DNA from: Patescibacteria group bacterium
Lineage (GTDB): Bacteria; Patescibacteriota; Patescibacteriia; UBA2591; UBA6264
Length of the DNA stretch: 64,000 nucleotides
Assembly: GCA_021735685.1 (NCBI GenBank)
Contig: JAIPGN010000004.1
Location: 959 to 64,958 of the forward strand
Reading direction: 5' to 3'
Each line of letters starts with the position of its first letter. Position 1 is the stretch's first letter. Made by a program: the position numbers and the translations under genes. Below are positions 37,168 through 46,833 of this stretch, piece by piece. The notes beneath the pieces are model-generated. The model saw only the letters and a program-made list of their open reading frames with translations, ran no database searches and was not told where the DNA came from.

Positions 37168-39792
37168 TTATTTTTTTGCTTGTTGAATAACTATTTTTTC
37201 GTTTTTAGCATCGACCTTAAAACTGGAAAAAGATTGTTCGTCTTTATTTACGATTTGCAAAGCAAGGGGATCGAGAATTTGTTTTTGAATAACCCTTTTT
37301 AAAGGACGTGCTCCGTAAACTGAGTCAAAGCCCAAAGAGACCAAAAGAGTTTTTACCTTTCCTGAAACCTGTAATTTAATATTTTTACTTTTTAATCTTT
37401 CGATAATTAATTTTAATTGTAAATTCACTATTTGACGAATAGCTTTTTTATCAAGTACATGGAAAATTATGATTTCATCAATTCGATTTAGGAATTCAGG
37501 TTTAAATTTTTCTCGCAAAGCTTCTTGAATTTTATTTTTAATATTTGCTTCAGACCCATTTTTTTCATTTTGAGAAAGGAAACCAAAATTTATTTTTTGA
37601 GCATAATCTCGAATTAATTCACTGCCCAAATTTGAGGTCATAATAATTACTGTATTCTTAAAATTTACTTCTCTTCCTTTAGCATCAGTCAAATGACCTT
37701 CATCCAAAATTTGTAATAAGATATTAAAGACCTGAGGATGAGCTTTTTCAATTTCGTCCAAGAGGATCACGCTATAAGGTCTTCTCCTGACCATTTCTGT
37801 TAGCTGTCCTCCTTCTTCATGCCCAACATACCCAGGGGGAGAGCCAATTATCTTAGAAGCTGTGTGCCGTTCCATATATTCAGACATATCTAATCTAATC
37901 AAAGAATTTTCTGTATTAAAAAGAAATTCCGCCAAACGTTTAGCTAATTCTGTTTTTCCCACTCCACTGGGTCCTAAAAAAATGAAAGAACCAATGGGTT
38001 TATCTTCTTCGGCAATTCCAGCTCGAGAGCGACGAATGGCATTAGCCACTGCACTTACTGCCTCTTCTTGGTCAATAAATTTCTTGTGAATTTCTTTTTC
38101 CATTTTTACCAATTTTTTGCTTTCTTTTTCTAGCATCTTAGTAACTGGGATACCGGTCCAAGTAGAAACTACTTTCGCGATCTCTTCAGCCGATATTTCT
38201 TCTTTTAAAATACGAGAATCCTTTTGGATTTTGGCTAATTTTTTTTCCGCATTCTTAATTTTTTTCTCCAAGCTTGGAATTTCGCCATATTTAATTTCAG
38301 CTACTTTTTGCAAACTGCCTTCTCTTTCTGCTATTTCTGCCTTTTGCTTAAGGTGATCAATTTCTTCTTTAGCCTTATGAATATTCGTAATAATGTCTTT
38401 TTCTGTTTTCCAGCGAATTTCAAATTCATTAATCTTTTCTTTAAGGTTGGCAGCTTGTTTCTTAAGGTTCCTTAATTTATCTTTAGAGTCTTTATCTTTT
38501 TTAAGAATAGTGATTTCAATTTCAATCTGACGCAATTTTCTTTTGATTCTATCTAATTCTTCGGGTTGACTTTCTATTTCTAATCTAAGGGCAGAGGCAG
38601 CTTCATCCATTAAATCAATGGCCTTGTCTGGCAAAAAACGATCAGTAATGTATCGATGAGATAATTGAGCGGCAGCAATTAAAGCATCATCAGCAATACG
38701 AATGCCGTGATGAACTTCGTACTTCTCTTTAATTCCTCGTAAAATAGCAATAGTGTCTTCGGGGCTAGGTTCTTTTATTTGTACGGGCTGAAAACGTCTT
38801 TCTAGGGCGGCATCTTTTTCAATATATTTTTGATATTCTTTGAGAGTAGTTGCTCCAACACAATGTAATTCACCGCGAGCCAAAGCTGGTTTAAGCATGT
38901 TGGAGGCGTCAATAGATCCTTCCGCTCCACCAGCTCCCACTAAAGTGTGCAATTCATCGATAAAAAGGATGTATTGGGCGCTTTTTTTAATCTCCTTTAA
39001 GACTGATTTTAAACGATTTTCAAATTCGCCTCTAAATTTAGCACCAGCAATTAATCCTCCTAAATCTAAAGAAATTAATTCGCGACCCCTTAGAGATTCG
39101 GGAATGTCGTTAGAAATAATTCTTTGGGCTAAGCCTTCAGCAATAGCTGTTTTTCCTACTCCTGCTTCTCCAATTAGAACTGGATTATTCTTGGTGCGAC
39201 GGCTAAGAACTTGAATCACTCTCCTGATTTCGTCATCACGGCCAATAATGGGGTCTAATTTTTCTTGCCGTGCCATTTCGGTTAAATTAATCGTATATTT
39301 TTTTAAAGCGCTGTATTGACCTCTTTCATTCCCTTCTTGACCTTCTTCTTGATGAACACTTTCTAAAACTTTAACAACATTTTCATAATTAATTTTTTCT
39401 TCTAAAAACATATCTTTCAAAGGAGAGGGGGTAGACAAGAGGGCCAAAAAAAGGTGTTCAGTGCCCACATATTCATTTTTAAGATGACGCGCTTCTTTAT
39501 TGGCTTTAATTATTGCCTTTTGGAATAATTGAGTAACATATAAATCAGCTAAACCGCTTTCTATGTCTTCAGACTTAATCTTCGGTAAAGTTTCAATATT
39601 TTTAACAATCTTTTTTTCTATTCTTTCTAGATTAGCTTCCATTTTTTTAAGTACAGCCAAAACTACGCCTTCCTCTTGTTTGAGCAGGGCCAAAGCTAAA
39701 TGAAGAATATCTACCTGTTGTTGGTTGTAACGCATAGCAATATTATGCGCTGCTTGAATAGCTTCTTGAGCTTTGAAAGTAAATTTATTCAT
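37168..39792 (-). CDS. clpB: Chaperone ClpB
   Basis: GEAGVGKT and GPSGVGKT Walker A motifs, long M-domain coiled coil, YGARPLKR; start MNKFT at 39792. Confidence 0.93.
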   Translation of the reverse strand: MNKFTFKAQEAIQAAHNIAMRYNQQQVDILHLALALLKQEEGVVLAVLKKMEANLERIEKKIVKNIETLPKIKSEDIESGLADLYVTQLFQKAIIKANKEARHLKNEYVGTEHLFLALLSTPSPLKDMFLEEKINYENVVKVLESVHQEEGQEGNERGQYSALKKYTINLTEMARQEKLDPIIGRDDEIRRVIQVLSRRTKNNPVLIGEAGVGKTAIAEGLAQRIISNDIPESLRGRELISLDLGGLIAGAKFRGEFENRLKSVLKEIKKSAQYILFIDELHTLVGAGGAEGSIDASNMLKPALARGELHCVGATTLKEYQKYIEKDAALERRFQPVQIKEPSPEDTIAILRGIKEKYEVHHGIRIADDALIAAAQLSHRYITDRFLPDKAIDLMDEAASALRLEIESQPEELDRIKRKLRQIEIEITILKKDKDSKDKLRNLKKQAANLKEKINEFEIRWKTEKDIITNIHKAKEEIDHLKQKAEIAEREGSLQKVAEIKYGEIPSLEKKIKNAEKKLAKIQKDSRILKEEISAEEIAKVVSTWTGIPVTKMLEKESKKLVKMEKEIHKKFIDQEEAVSAVANAIRRSRAGIAEEDKPIGSFIFLGPSGVGKTELAKRLAEFLFNTENSLIRLDMSEYMERHTASKIIGSPPGYVGHEEGGQLTEMVRRRPYSVILLDEIEKAHPQVFNILLQILDEGHLTDAKGREVNFKNTVIIMTSNLGSELIRDYAQKINFGFLSQNEKNGSEANIKNKIQEALREKFKPEFLNRIDEIIIFHVLDKKAIRQIVNLQLKLIIERLKSKNIKLQVSGKVKTLLVSLGFDSVYGARPLKRVIQKQILDPLALQIVNKDEQSFSSFKVDAKNEKIVIQQAKK

Positions 39793-39829
39793 AAGTGCTT
39801 TAATTAATATTTTTTCTATCTTAATACTT

Positions 39830-39869
39830 ATTTTAATAAAAAAAGAGACGCTTGTCAAAAGATTGACAA
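39830..39869 (-). promoter_or_regulatory. clpB promoter, with a back-to-back TTGACA on the plus strand
   Basis: Minus-strand TTGACA-17-TAAAAT; TTGTCAA-AAGA-TTGACAA dyad at 39852-39869. Confidence 0.6.
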
Positions 39870-39983
39870 AAGACTTAGAAGAGAGTAAAGAGGTGTTACT
39901 TAGAAGTGCAAAACTTTCTGAAGAGTTAAAGAAAAAATTACCCCTATTTTTTTTCTCAAGGAAAAATGTTATAATTAATCAAT

Positions 39984-40868
39984 ATGATATCTATTGTAAT
40001 TACCACTTTTAAAGAACCGGAAACCCTGAAACAGGCTTTAATTAAAATTTTGAAGGAAGAGATAAGAGAGAAGTATGAGATTTTGGTAGTCGGTCCAGAT
40101 AAAGAGACAGAAGATGTAGCTTGGGAATTTTCTCAACATTACACAGGGGTAAAATATCTCAAAGATTCAGGAGAGGGAAAGCCTGCGGCTCTTAACTTGG
40201 CTTTTGAAAAAGCTCAAGGGGATGTTATAATCTCTACAGACGGAGATGTCATAATTGGAAGCAACGCTATTAATCAACTTGTGTCTGTTTTTAAAGATCC
40301 TCGAGTGGGAGTTGCTAGTGGCCAGCCCTTAAGTGTTAATTTACGCAACACTTTTTTGGGTTATTGGTCTCATTTTTTAACGGCAGCCGCTCATCAAACA
40401 AGAAGCAAGAAGAAAATCTGGCCCTGTTCGGGTTATTTATATGCCTTTCGCAATATAATTAAAGAAATTCCAAAAGAGTCATTCTCGGAAGACGGATTAA
40501 TCACCGAAATAATTAGACAAAAAAAATACAAGATAAAATACGTTTCAAAGGCCAAGGTATATGTGAAGTATCCCACTAATTTAAAAGATTGGTTTAGGCA
40601 GAAAATTCGTTCTGCCGGAGGTTATTCCCAGATATTTACGATGAATAATGGCACTAGAATTAAAACAAAAAAAATGAGAAATATTATTCAAGAAATTAAA
40701 GACGGGGCTCTTCTTTTTATCACTTATCCGCGCAACCTCAAAGAATACCTCTGGACCATTTTATTGTTTTTGAACAGAATAATATTGTGGCTGGTAATTT
40801 TTTGGAAAATTAAAATAAAGAAATCAAAATTTTCTTCCATTTGGAAAAGAGTGGAAAGCACCAAATAA
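39984..40868 (+). CDS. GT2 family glycosyltransferase
   Basis: ISIVITTFKE, GKPAALN, STDGD, SEDG, QKIRS. Confidence 0.88.
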   Translation: MISIVITTFKEPETLKQALIKILKEEIREKYEILVVGPDKETEDVAWEFSQHYTGVKYLKDSGEGKPAALNLAFEKAQGDVIISTDGDVIIGSNAINQLVSVFKDPRVGVASGQPLSVNLRNTFLGYWSHFLTAAAHQTRSKKKIWPCSGYLYAFRNIIKEIPKESFSEDGLITEIIRQKKYKIKYVSKAKVYVKYPTNLKDWFRQKIRSAGGYSQIFTMNNGTRIKTKKMRNIIQEIKDGALLFITYPRNLKEYLWTILLFLNRIILWLVIFWKIKIKKSKFSSIWKRVESTK

Positions 40869-40915
40869 CCTAATTTAAAATAAAATTTTAATAAGCGTAT
40901 AATTAAATATTTTTT

Positions 40916-42373
40916 ATGATTCGTGTTCGTTTTGCTCCTTCTCCCACTGGATTTTTGCATATTGGTGGCCTTCGTACTTGTTTTTATAATTGGCTTTATG
41001 CTCGTCAAAATAAAGGTCAATTTGTGCTTCGCATCGAAGATACAGATCAAAAAAGAATGGTACCTCAAGCCATTGAAGGCTTAACTCAAACTTTAAAAAA
41101 GATGGGCTTAGAGTGGGATGAATTTTATCAGCAATCAAATAGGTTAGACATTTATCAAAAATACGTTAAAGAGCTTGTTGCAAACGGTCACGCTTATCAT
41201 TGTTTTTGCTCTTCGGAACGTCTAGAAAAGGTCAGGGAAAGACAAATTGCAGAAAAAAAGGCTCCCCAATATGATCGTCATTGTCGCTTTTTAAGCCAAA
41301 AAGAAATTGAAGAGAAGGTCAAAGCAGGAGAGTCTTATGTTATTCGTTTAAAAGTGCCAGAGAAGGGGATGGGTCATTTTTTTGATTCCATTCGAGGAAA
41401 AATTGAAATAGACTTAGCTAATATTGACGATCAAGTTCTTTTAAAGTCAGATCATTGGCCCACTTATCATTTGGCCAACGTGATTGATGATCATTTAATG
41501 GGGATAACTCATGTCATTCGCGGGGAAGAATGGCTACCATCAACCATTAAACATATCCTTCTTTATCAGTATTTGGGCTGGAAAGAACCAAAATTTGTTC
41601 ATCTTCCTTTATTGTTAAATTCTGATAAATCTAAGCTCTCTAAAAGGCAAGGAGATGTAGCTGTAGAAGATTATTTAAAACAAGGCTATTTACCGGAGGC
41701 TTTGTTGAATTTTATAGCCCTTCTTGGTTGGAATCCGGGAAATGATCGAGAAATTTTTAAAGTTTCAGATTTGATTAAACATTTTTCTCTAAAAAAAGTT
41801 CAAAAAGCAGGAGCAGTTTTCAATCTCGAGAAACTGAATTGGCTCAATGGTCTTTATGTTAGAGAAATGAATTCTGATCAATTACTAGAAAAAATTTTGC
41901 CTTTTTTGAAAAAATCAAAAATAATTAAAAAAATTGATGAAAAATATTTTGAAGTTATTCCTAGCGGAAAAAAGGTTAATCAAAATTGGCTAAAAAAAGT
42001 AATCATTTTAGAGCAAGGCAGAATGAAAAGATTAAAAGATGTTGAAAAACTAGGTTATTGTTTTTGGAATGATAATTTAGAATACAAGCGAGAATCTTTA
42101 CTTTGGAAAAATTTTTCAGTCAATGAAATTAAAAATAATTTATTAAAGATAAAAACAATCCTTGCTAATATTAAAGAAAAAGATTTTCAAAGTGAAACAA
42201 TAAATCAAGAGGTCTTGGAACAAATTCCAGTCAAAGAAAGAGGGGCTTTTTTTTGGCCTTGGCGAGTCGCCTTATCTGGTCAAGAATCTTCTCCTCCTCC
42301 TAATGAAATCGCAGAAATTCTTGGACCTGAAGAAACATTAAAAAGAGTTGAAAAGGCTATTAATAAATTATGA
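40916..42373 (+). CDS. gltX: Glutamate--tRNA ligase
   Basis: RFAPSPTGFLHIGG, HVIRGEEW, KLSKR. Confidence 0.96.
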   Translation: MIRVRFAPSPTGFLHIGGLRTCFYNWLYARQNKGQFVLRIEDTDQKRMVPQAIEGLTQTLKKMGLEWDEFYQQSNRLDIYQKYVKELVANGHAYHCFCSSERLEKVRERQIAEKKAPQYDRHCRFLSQKEIEEKVKAGESYVIRLKVPEKGMGHFFDSIRGKIEIDLANIDDQVLLKSDHWPTYHLANVIDDHLMGITHVIRGEEWLPSTIKHILLYQYLGWKEPKFVHLPLLLNSDKSKLSKRQGDVAVEDYLKQGYLPEALLNFIALLGWNPGNDREIFKVSDLIKHFSLKKVQKAGAVFNLEKLNWLNGLYVREMNSDQLLEKILPFLKKSKIIKKIDEKYFEVIPSGKKVNQNWLKKVIILEQGRMKRLKDVEKLGYCFWNDNLEYKRESLLWKNFSVNEIKNNLLKIKTILANIKEKDFQSETINQEVLEQIPVKERGAFFWPWRVALSGQESSPPPNEIAEILGPEETLKRVEKAINKL

Positions 42374-43623
42374 AATTTAGAAAAACAAAGAAAATAATTT
42401 TATTTATAAGTTTATTTGCAATTATTCTTTTAGCGAGTAATTCATGGACCTTTTCTGCACAAGGCCTAGAAATTAATAACGAAGAAATTGAAAAAATACA
42501 AAAAGAAATTGAAATCCGAGAAGACAACATTAAACAGCTAGAAGCTCAAAGAAAAATTTATCAAGAAAAAATTAGCATTAAAAGATCAGAAGTTGGTACT
42601 TTAAAAGAAGAATTAAATTTTATTAACAACAAAATTAATAAGAGTCAATTAGAGATTGAAAGCCAAGAAGAAGAAATTAGTAAAACTGATTTATCTATCC
42701 AAAAAATTCAATTAGAAATTATTGCCAAAAAAAAAGAAGCCGAAAAGACCAAAGATCAACTTCAGGAACTATTACTAACGATTCACGAGTATGACCAGAA
42801 AAATCCTTTAGAAATTATTCTTTTAAATCCTTCTCTTTCTAGCGTTTTTAATCATTGGCAGTATTTAAATTCTTGTCAGCAAAAGATGGCTAGAAATTTA
42901 CAAAGAATATCTACCCTTAAGGAAGGTTTAGAAATTCAAGAGGAAAAATTACGACAAGAAAGACAAAATTTAGTCAATCTTAAAAATGAACTTGATGGTC
43001 AAAAAATACAATTAATAGCTGATAAAGAAATTAATGAGTATCTTTTAGAACAAACCAGGGGAGCAGAGTGGAAATTCCAAAGTTTATTGGCTGAGGTGAT
43101 CACCGAACAACAAAAAATTGATCAAGAAATTAACTCTTTGGAGGAAACCGCTCGAGCTAAAATTGCCCAGGAAAAAGAAAGACAAGCAGAATTAATGGAG
43201 AAAGAGGGGATTTTGATCTTCTCTTGGCCAGTTCCTTTAGAGAAAATAACTTCTCCTTTTCATGACCCAGAATACCCCTTTCGTCATTTAATTGGTGAGC
43301 ACTCTGGGATTGATCTTCGAGCGCACCAAGGTATTCCAGTAAGAGCTTCGGCTTCCGGCTATATAGCTCGAGCTAAGGAGGGAGGAGTAGGGGAATACAG
43401 CTATGTTATGATTATTCACAATAATAGTTTTTCTACAGTTTATGGCCATCTCAGCGACGTTCAGGTAAAAGAAAATCAGTATATTAAGAGAGGAGAGGTG
43501 ATTGGCTTAAGTGGAGGAATGCCGGGCACTCCTGGAGCAGGAATGTTTTGTACAGGGCCACATTTACATTTTGAGATAAGAATGAACGGAATTCCGGTAA
43601 ATCCACAGGATTATTTATTGTGA
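42370..43623 (+). CDS. Coiled-coil M23 peptidase (murein hydrolase)
   Basis: Signal peptide, long coiled coil, HSGID, YGHL, TGPHLHFE. Confidence 0.9.
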   Translation: MKFRKTKKIILFISLFAIILLASNSWTFSAQGLEINNEEIEKIQKEIEIREDNIKQLEAQRKIYQEKISIKRSEVGTLKEELNFINNKINKSQLEIESQEEEISKTDLSIQKIQLEIIAKKKEAEKTKDQLQELLLTIHEYDQKNPLEIILLNPSLSSVFNHWQYLNSCQQKMARNLQRISTLKEGLEIQEEKLRQERQNLVNLKNELDGQKIQLIADKEINEYLLEQTRGAEWKFQSLLAEVITEQQKIDQEINSLEETARAKIAQEKERQAELMEKEGILIFSWPVPLEKITSPFHDPEYPFRHLIGEHSGIDLRAHQGIPVRASASGYIARAKEGGVGEYSYVMIIHNNSFSTVYGHLSDVQVKENQYIKRGEVIGLSGGMPGTPGAGMFCTGPHLHFEIRMNGIPVNPQDYLL

Positions 43624-43681
43624 AAAAAAATAATAGTGTTATAATAAATAAGGTTATTATTTAAATAATTAAAATAAGTTT

Positions 43682-43993
43682 ATGAGAAACTTTAAACTTT
43701 ATTCTGGTGTTAAAAGTCCTAAACAGCAAACTATTTGGATTGGTTGTCTTTTGTTGGTAATTGCTATTGCCATTGCAGTCGTAGGATTTTTTAATTATGC
43801 CAATTTGCCGGCTCGAGATATTCAAGATGCCGATAATTCTTTAGAAAAACTGGTTTTTCAACAATTATATATTGCAGGAGGAATGGGAGTAATTGGCATT
43901 ATTCTTTTAGTAGGAGGAGCTTTTGCTGCTTTTGACATTAGTAATGAAAACGAAAAAATTAAAAAAACACAAATTGATTCAGAGAATAATTAA
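43682..43993 (+). CDS. Small 2-TM protein
   Basis: Two hydrophobic segments; TG-TATAAT upstream. Confidence 0.7.
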   Translation: MRNFKLYSGVKSPKQQTIWIGCLLLVIAIAIAVVGFFNYANLPARDIQDADNSLEKLVFQQLYIAGGMGVIGIILLVGGAFAAFDISNENEKIKKTQIDSENN

Positions 43994-43995
43994 GA

Positions 43996-44295
43996 ATGTT
44001 AGTTGATAAAAACATTATTAGAAAAAATACGGAACACCTTACTTCTTTTCTAAAAAGAAGTGGAGGAGGTGGATTTAATGGTAGTTGGGGACAAAAAGAG
44101 CTTAGCCCCGCCTTATCTTTTATGATTTTAGGAATGGTTTTGCTGACGGTCTTTGTAATGGGAGCGTATTTTATGAAAGAATACATTAAAGCTTGGGACA
44201 TTGTTACAGAGAAAATAGATTACGATTTAGAATCTTTAATAAATGATTCCCAGAACAATGTTAATCAAGAATTAGACGACCTGCCTTCTATATAA
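43996..44295 (+). CDS. Small 1-TM protein
   Basis: One TM; starts 2 nt after the previous stop. Confidence 0.65.
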   Translation: MLVDKNIIRKNTEHLTSFLKRSGGGGFNGSWGQKELSPALSFMILGMVLLTVFVMGAYFMKEYIKAWDIVTEKIDYDLESLINDSQNNVNQELDDLPSI

Positions 44296-44390
44296 TTATT
44301 ATTCAAAGGAATAATGGGGAAGGGGTATGTTAAGGGACGCACAAGGTAGCTTTTACGACCCAATGTAATAAAGTAATACAAATTATAACA

Positions 44391-44417
44391 AAAAACGGCC
44401 AAATTAGCCGTTTTTTT
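44391..44417. terminator. Bidirectional terminator
   Basis: AAAAAACGGC-CAAATTA-GCCGTTTTTT. Confidence 0.75.
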
Positions 44418-44444
44418 ATAATCTAAGAAATAATTTAGTTTTTG

Positions 44445-45347
44445 TTACTTTTCTTCAGTGAATTTATAAAAAATTTTATCACCAAAGCGCAAATCAATAT
44501 ATTCTAAACCCTTTCTTTCTTTAATTTCTTTTTCTATAATGCCAGACAATTTATCTAATTGTTTTTTAAGTTCTACTTCGGAATTAATTAAAATTTCCCA
44601 TCCCTCAGATGATAATATTTGAACATCAATAACGTCTCCAATGTTATTGATTTCGCATTCAAGGAAATAAATATCATGACTACGCAAAATATCGCTTTGA
44701 ACGAAAAATAAGAGATCTTTTAAGAAATTCTGATAATCTTCTTCAGTTAAAATTAAGTCGCTTTGATCATAAAAAACTAAATCGTCATTAAACGCCTCTT
44801 GGTCGTTTTTTGCTTTTAATAAGCCTTCAGGAGCCTTGATTAATTGTCCCTCCTGATTTAAATAATAACTTTGAGTATCTCCCAGAACCTCAAATCTGAC
44901 TAAAGGTTGATACTCTTTTAAGGTAATCTGTAATTTAGCCGGCCATTTCTTTTTGATTCGTATTGATTTTAAACGAGAATCCTGCCCTATTTCTTTTTCA
45001 GCTAAAGAAGTATCAAAGAAAATTAAATTGCGTCCACTCCAAATCCCAGGTGAGATTAAATCGTTCAAAGAATCCATTATTTCTTGATGAGAAATCAGTT
45101 GATAGTCCTCTTTTTTACTAATTTCAACGTCATTGATTTGAAAAAAAGAAGAAAAAAGCAAAAAATAAGTTAAAAGTCCCAATAAAATTAATAAAATAAA
45201 GCCTAAAGCTAAACGTTTTAGGATTTTTAAACGCTTTTGGCGAATATATTTTCGGCTAATCTTTTCTCGAGAAAAGCCCTTTCTTCTTTTCTTCTTTTGA
45301 AAGTCTTTTTTGTTCAAATTTAAAGACTGCACATATTTATCTGACAT
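44445..45347 (-). CDS. ftsQ: FtsQ/DivIB-like POTRA protein
   Basis: Basic N-terminus, TM, FFQINDVEI, KKWPAKLQITLKE, C-terminal EYIDLRFGDKIFYK. Confidence 0.8.
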   Translation of the reverse strand: MSDKYVQSLNLNKKDFQKKKRRKGFSREKISRKYIRQKRLKILKRLALGFILLILLGLLTYFLLFSSFFQINDVEISKKEDYQLISHQEIMDSLNDLISPGIWSGRNLIFFDTSLAEKEIGQDSRLKSIRIKKKWPAKLQITLKEYQPLVRFEVLGDTQSYYLNQEGQLIKAPEGLLKAKNDQEAFNDDLVFYDQSDLILTEEDYQNFLKDLLFFVQSDILRSHDIYFLECEINNIGDVIDVQILSSEGWEILINSEVELKKQLDKLSGIIEKEIKERKGLEYIDLRFGDKIFYKFTEEK

Positions 45348-45452
45348 ATTTTTGAAATCTAGTCCTAAAAAAACAGAGATAAAAAAAGTCACTCTCTAAG
45401 TAAATTTTATAGGATCATTTTCTTAAAAATGATTTTATTAAATTAAAGAACT

Positions 45453-46751
45453 TTAATATTTTTCTTCGAAAAGTTTTATTAAATTGCTTTTTTCAAATTC
45501 AAAATTTCCCATTTCTTCCGGAGCAATTGGGCTAACCGGCTCAAAATCTTGAGCTAAAGGATTAATCCATTGACTATATTTGCTCATGGCATAATCTAGA
45601 TGACATCCAGTTGAGGTCCCAGTAGTGCCCACAAAGCCAATTATTTGACCTTGAGATACTTTACTTCCGTACTTGATCCCCCTTGCAAAAGCCGAGAGAT
45701 GGCCATAAAAAGTTTTATAAACCCCGTTGTGGTTAATTTCTGCTCGATAACCATAAACGTTATTACGCCAACCAGCAAAAACTATCACGCCATTACCAGC
45801 TGCAGAGACCGGTGTTCCGCAAGGAGCGGCAAAATCAATAGCTTGATGACTGGTATAGGTGTTCCAAACCGGATGCCAGCGCTTTAGACTATAATAAGAT
45901 GAAATATATTTGTAATGTAAAGGAGATTTCAAGAATTGTTTGCGTAAATTATTGCCTTCTAAATCGTAATAATCAAAATTACCTTCTTGGTCCTCATAGA
46001 AAACTGCCCAATGTTTTTCCTCTTTTTTCTGAAAATAGGCCATTAAAATTTTTCCTGGCCGAATAAATTCTCCATCTAAATAATAATTTTCGTACAAAAC
46101 TTTAAACTTATCCCCTGCTCTCACCTCTAAAGCAAAATTAATATCCCAAGCAAAAATGTCAGCCATTTCAATAATAGTTTTGTCAGCTAATCCTGCTCTT
46201 TTTCCGCTTTGAAATAAAGAATCTTCAATGGTTCCTTCGGCAATTTTTAGCTCTGTTTGGTATTCAATTTCTTTGATTTGAGCCTTCAACTGACCGCTGT
46301 CTTCCTTATTTACTTCTAGAGTCCTTTGATCGTCAATTTGATACTCTAGCTTCAAAAAATTATGAGAATCTTGAGGATCGAAAAAAGATCGTAAAGAGTG
46401 TCCCGCTTTAATTTGGGACAAATCATAAATATCTTGAGTTGCTTCTAAAATTTCTTGTAATTTTTTATCAGTTAAACTTAAAGCAGTGTTCATTTTTGAA
46501 AAAACTTCTCCGTTTTCAATGAAATGTTCCTTAATAGTTGGCAAAAGTTCTCGTTGCTCTTCTTCGGTTTTAGTAAAAAAATTTGATTCAGCTTGAGGTT
46601 TTTTTTCTTGATTGTTTATTTTTTGCCAAATCAAAAAAAAGATAACAAAAAGAATGATCCCTCCAAGAAGATAAAGGTTTTTTTTCCTTTTCTCTTTTCT
46701 TTGCTGGGACTTTCTTATTTTAATTCTGGATGGAGGCATTCTGAGTATCAT
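45453..46751 (-). CDS. MepM-like M23 endopeptidase
   Basis: TM, VRAGDKFKV, FLKSPL, HQAIDF, YGHL, TGCHLDY. Confidence 0.88.
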   Translation of the reverse strand: MILRMPPSRIKIRKSQQRKEKRKKNLYLLGGIILFVIFFLIWQKINNQEKKPQAESNFFTKTEEEQRELLPTIKEHFIENGEVFSKMNTALSLTDKKLQEILEATQDIYDLSQIKAGHSLRSFFDPQDSHNFLKLEYQIDDQRTLEVNKEDSGQLKAQIKEIEYQTELKIAEGTIEDSLFQSGKRAGLADKTIIEMADIFAWDINFALEVRAGDKFKVLYENYYLDGEFIRPGKILMAYFQKKEEKHWAVFYEDQEGNFDYYDLEGNNLRKQFLKSPLHYKYISSYYSLKRWHPVWNTYTSHQAIDFAAPCGTPVSAAGNGVIVFAGWRNNVYGYRAEINHNGVYKTFYGHLSAFARGIKYGSKVSQGQIIGFVGTTGTSTGCHLDYAMSKYSQWINPLAQDFEPVSPIAPEEMGNFEFEKSNLIKLFEEKY

Positions 46752-46833
46752 CTTTTATTATTATAACAAAATTAAAATATTTTAAGAAGTAAAAAATCTT
46801 TTCTTTTTTAGCTTAGATTGCTAAAATTAAAAC

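Noticed and set aside
39880-39915. CIRCE operator upstream of clpB
   Set aside because: Only one degenerate half-site (TTTGCACTT on the minus strand), with no matching arm at N9 spacing.
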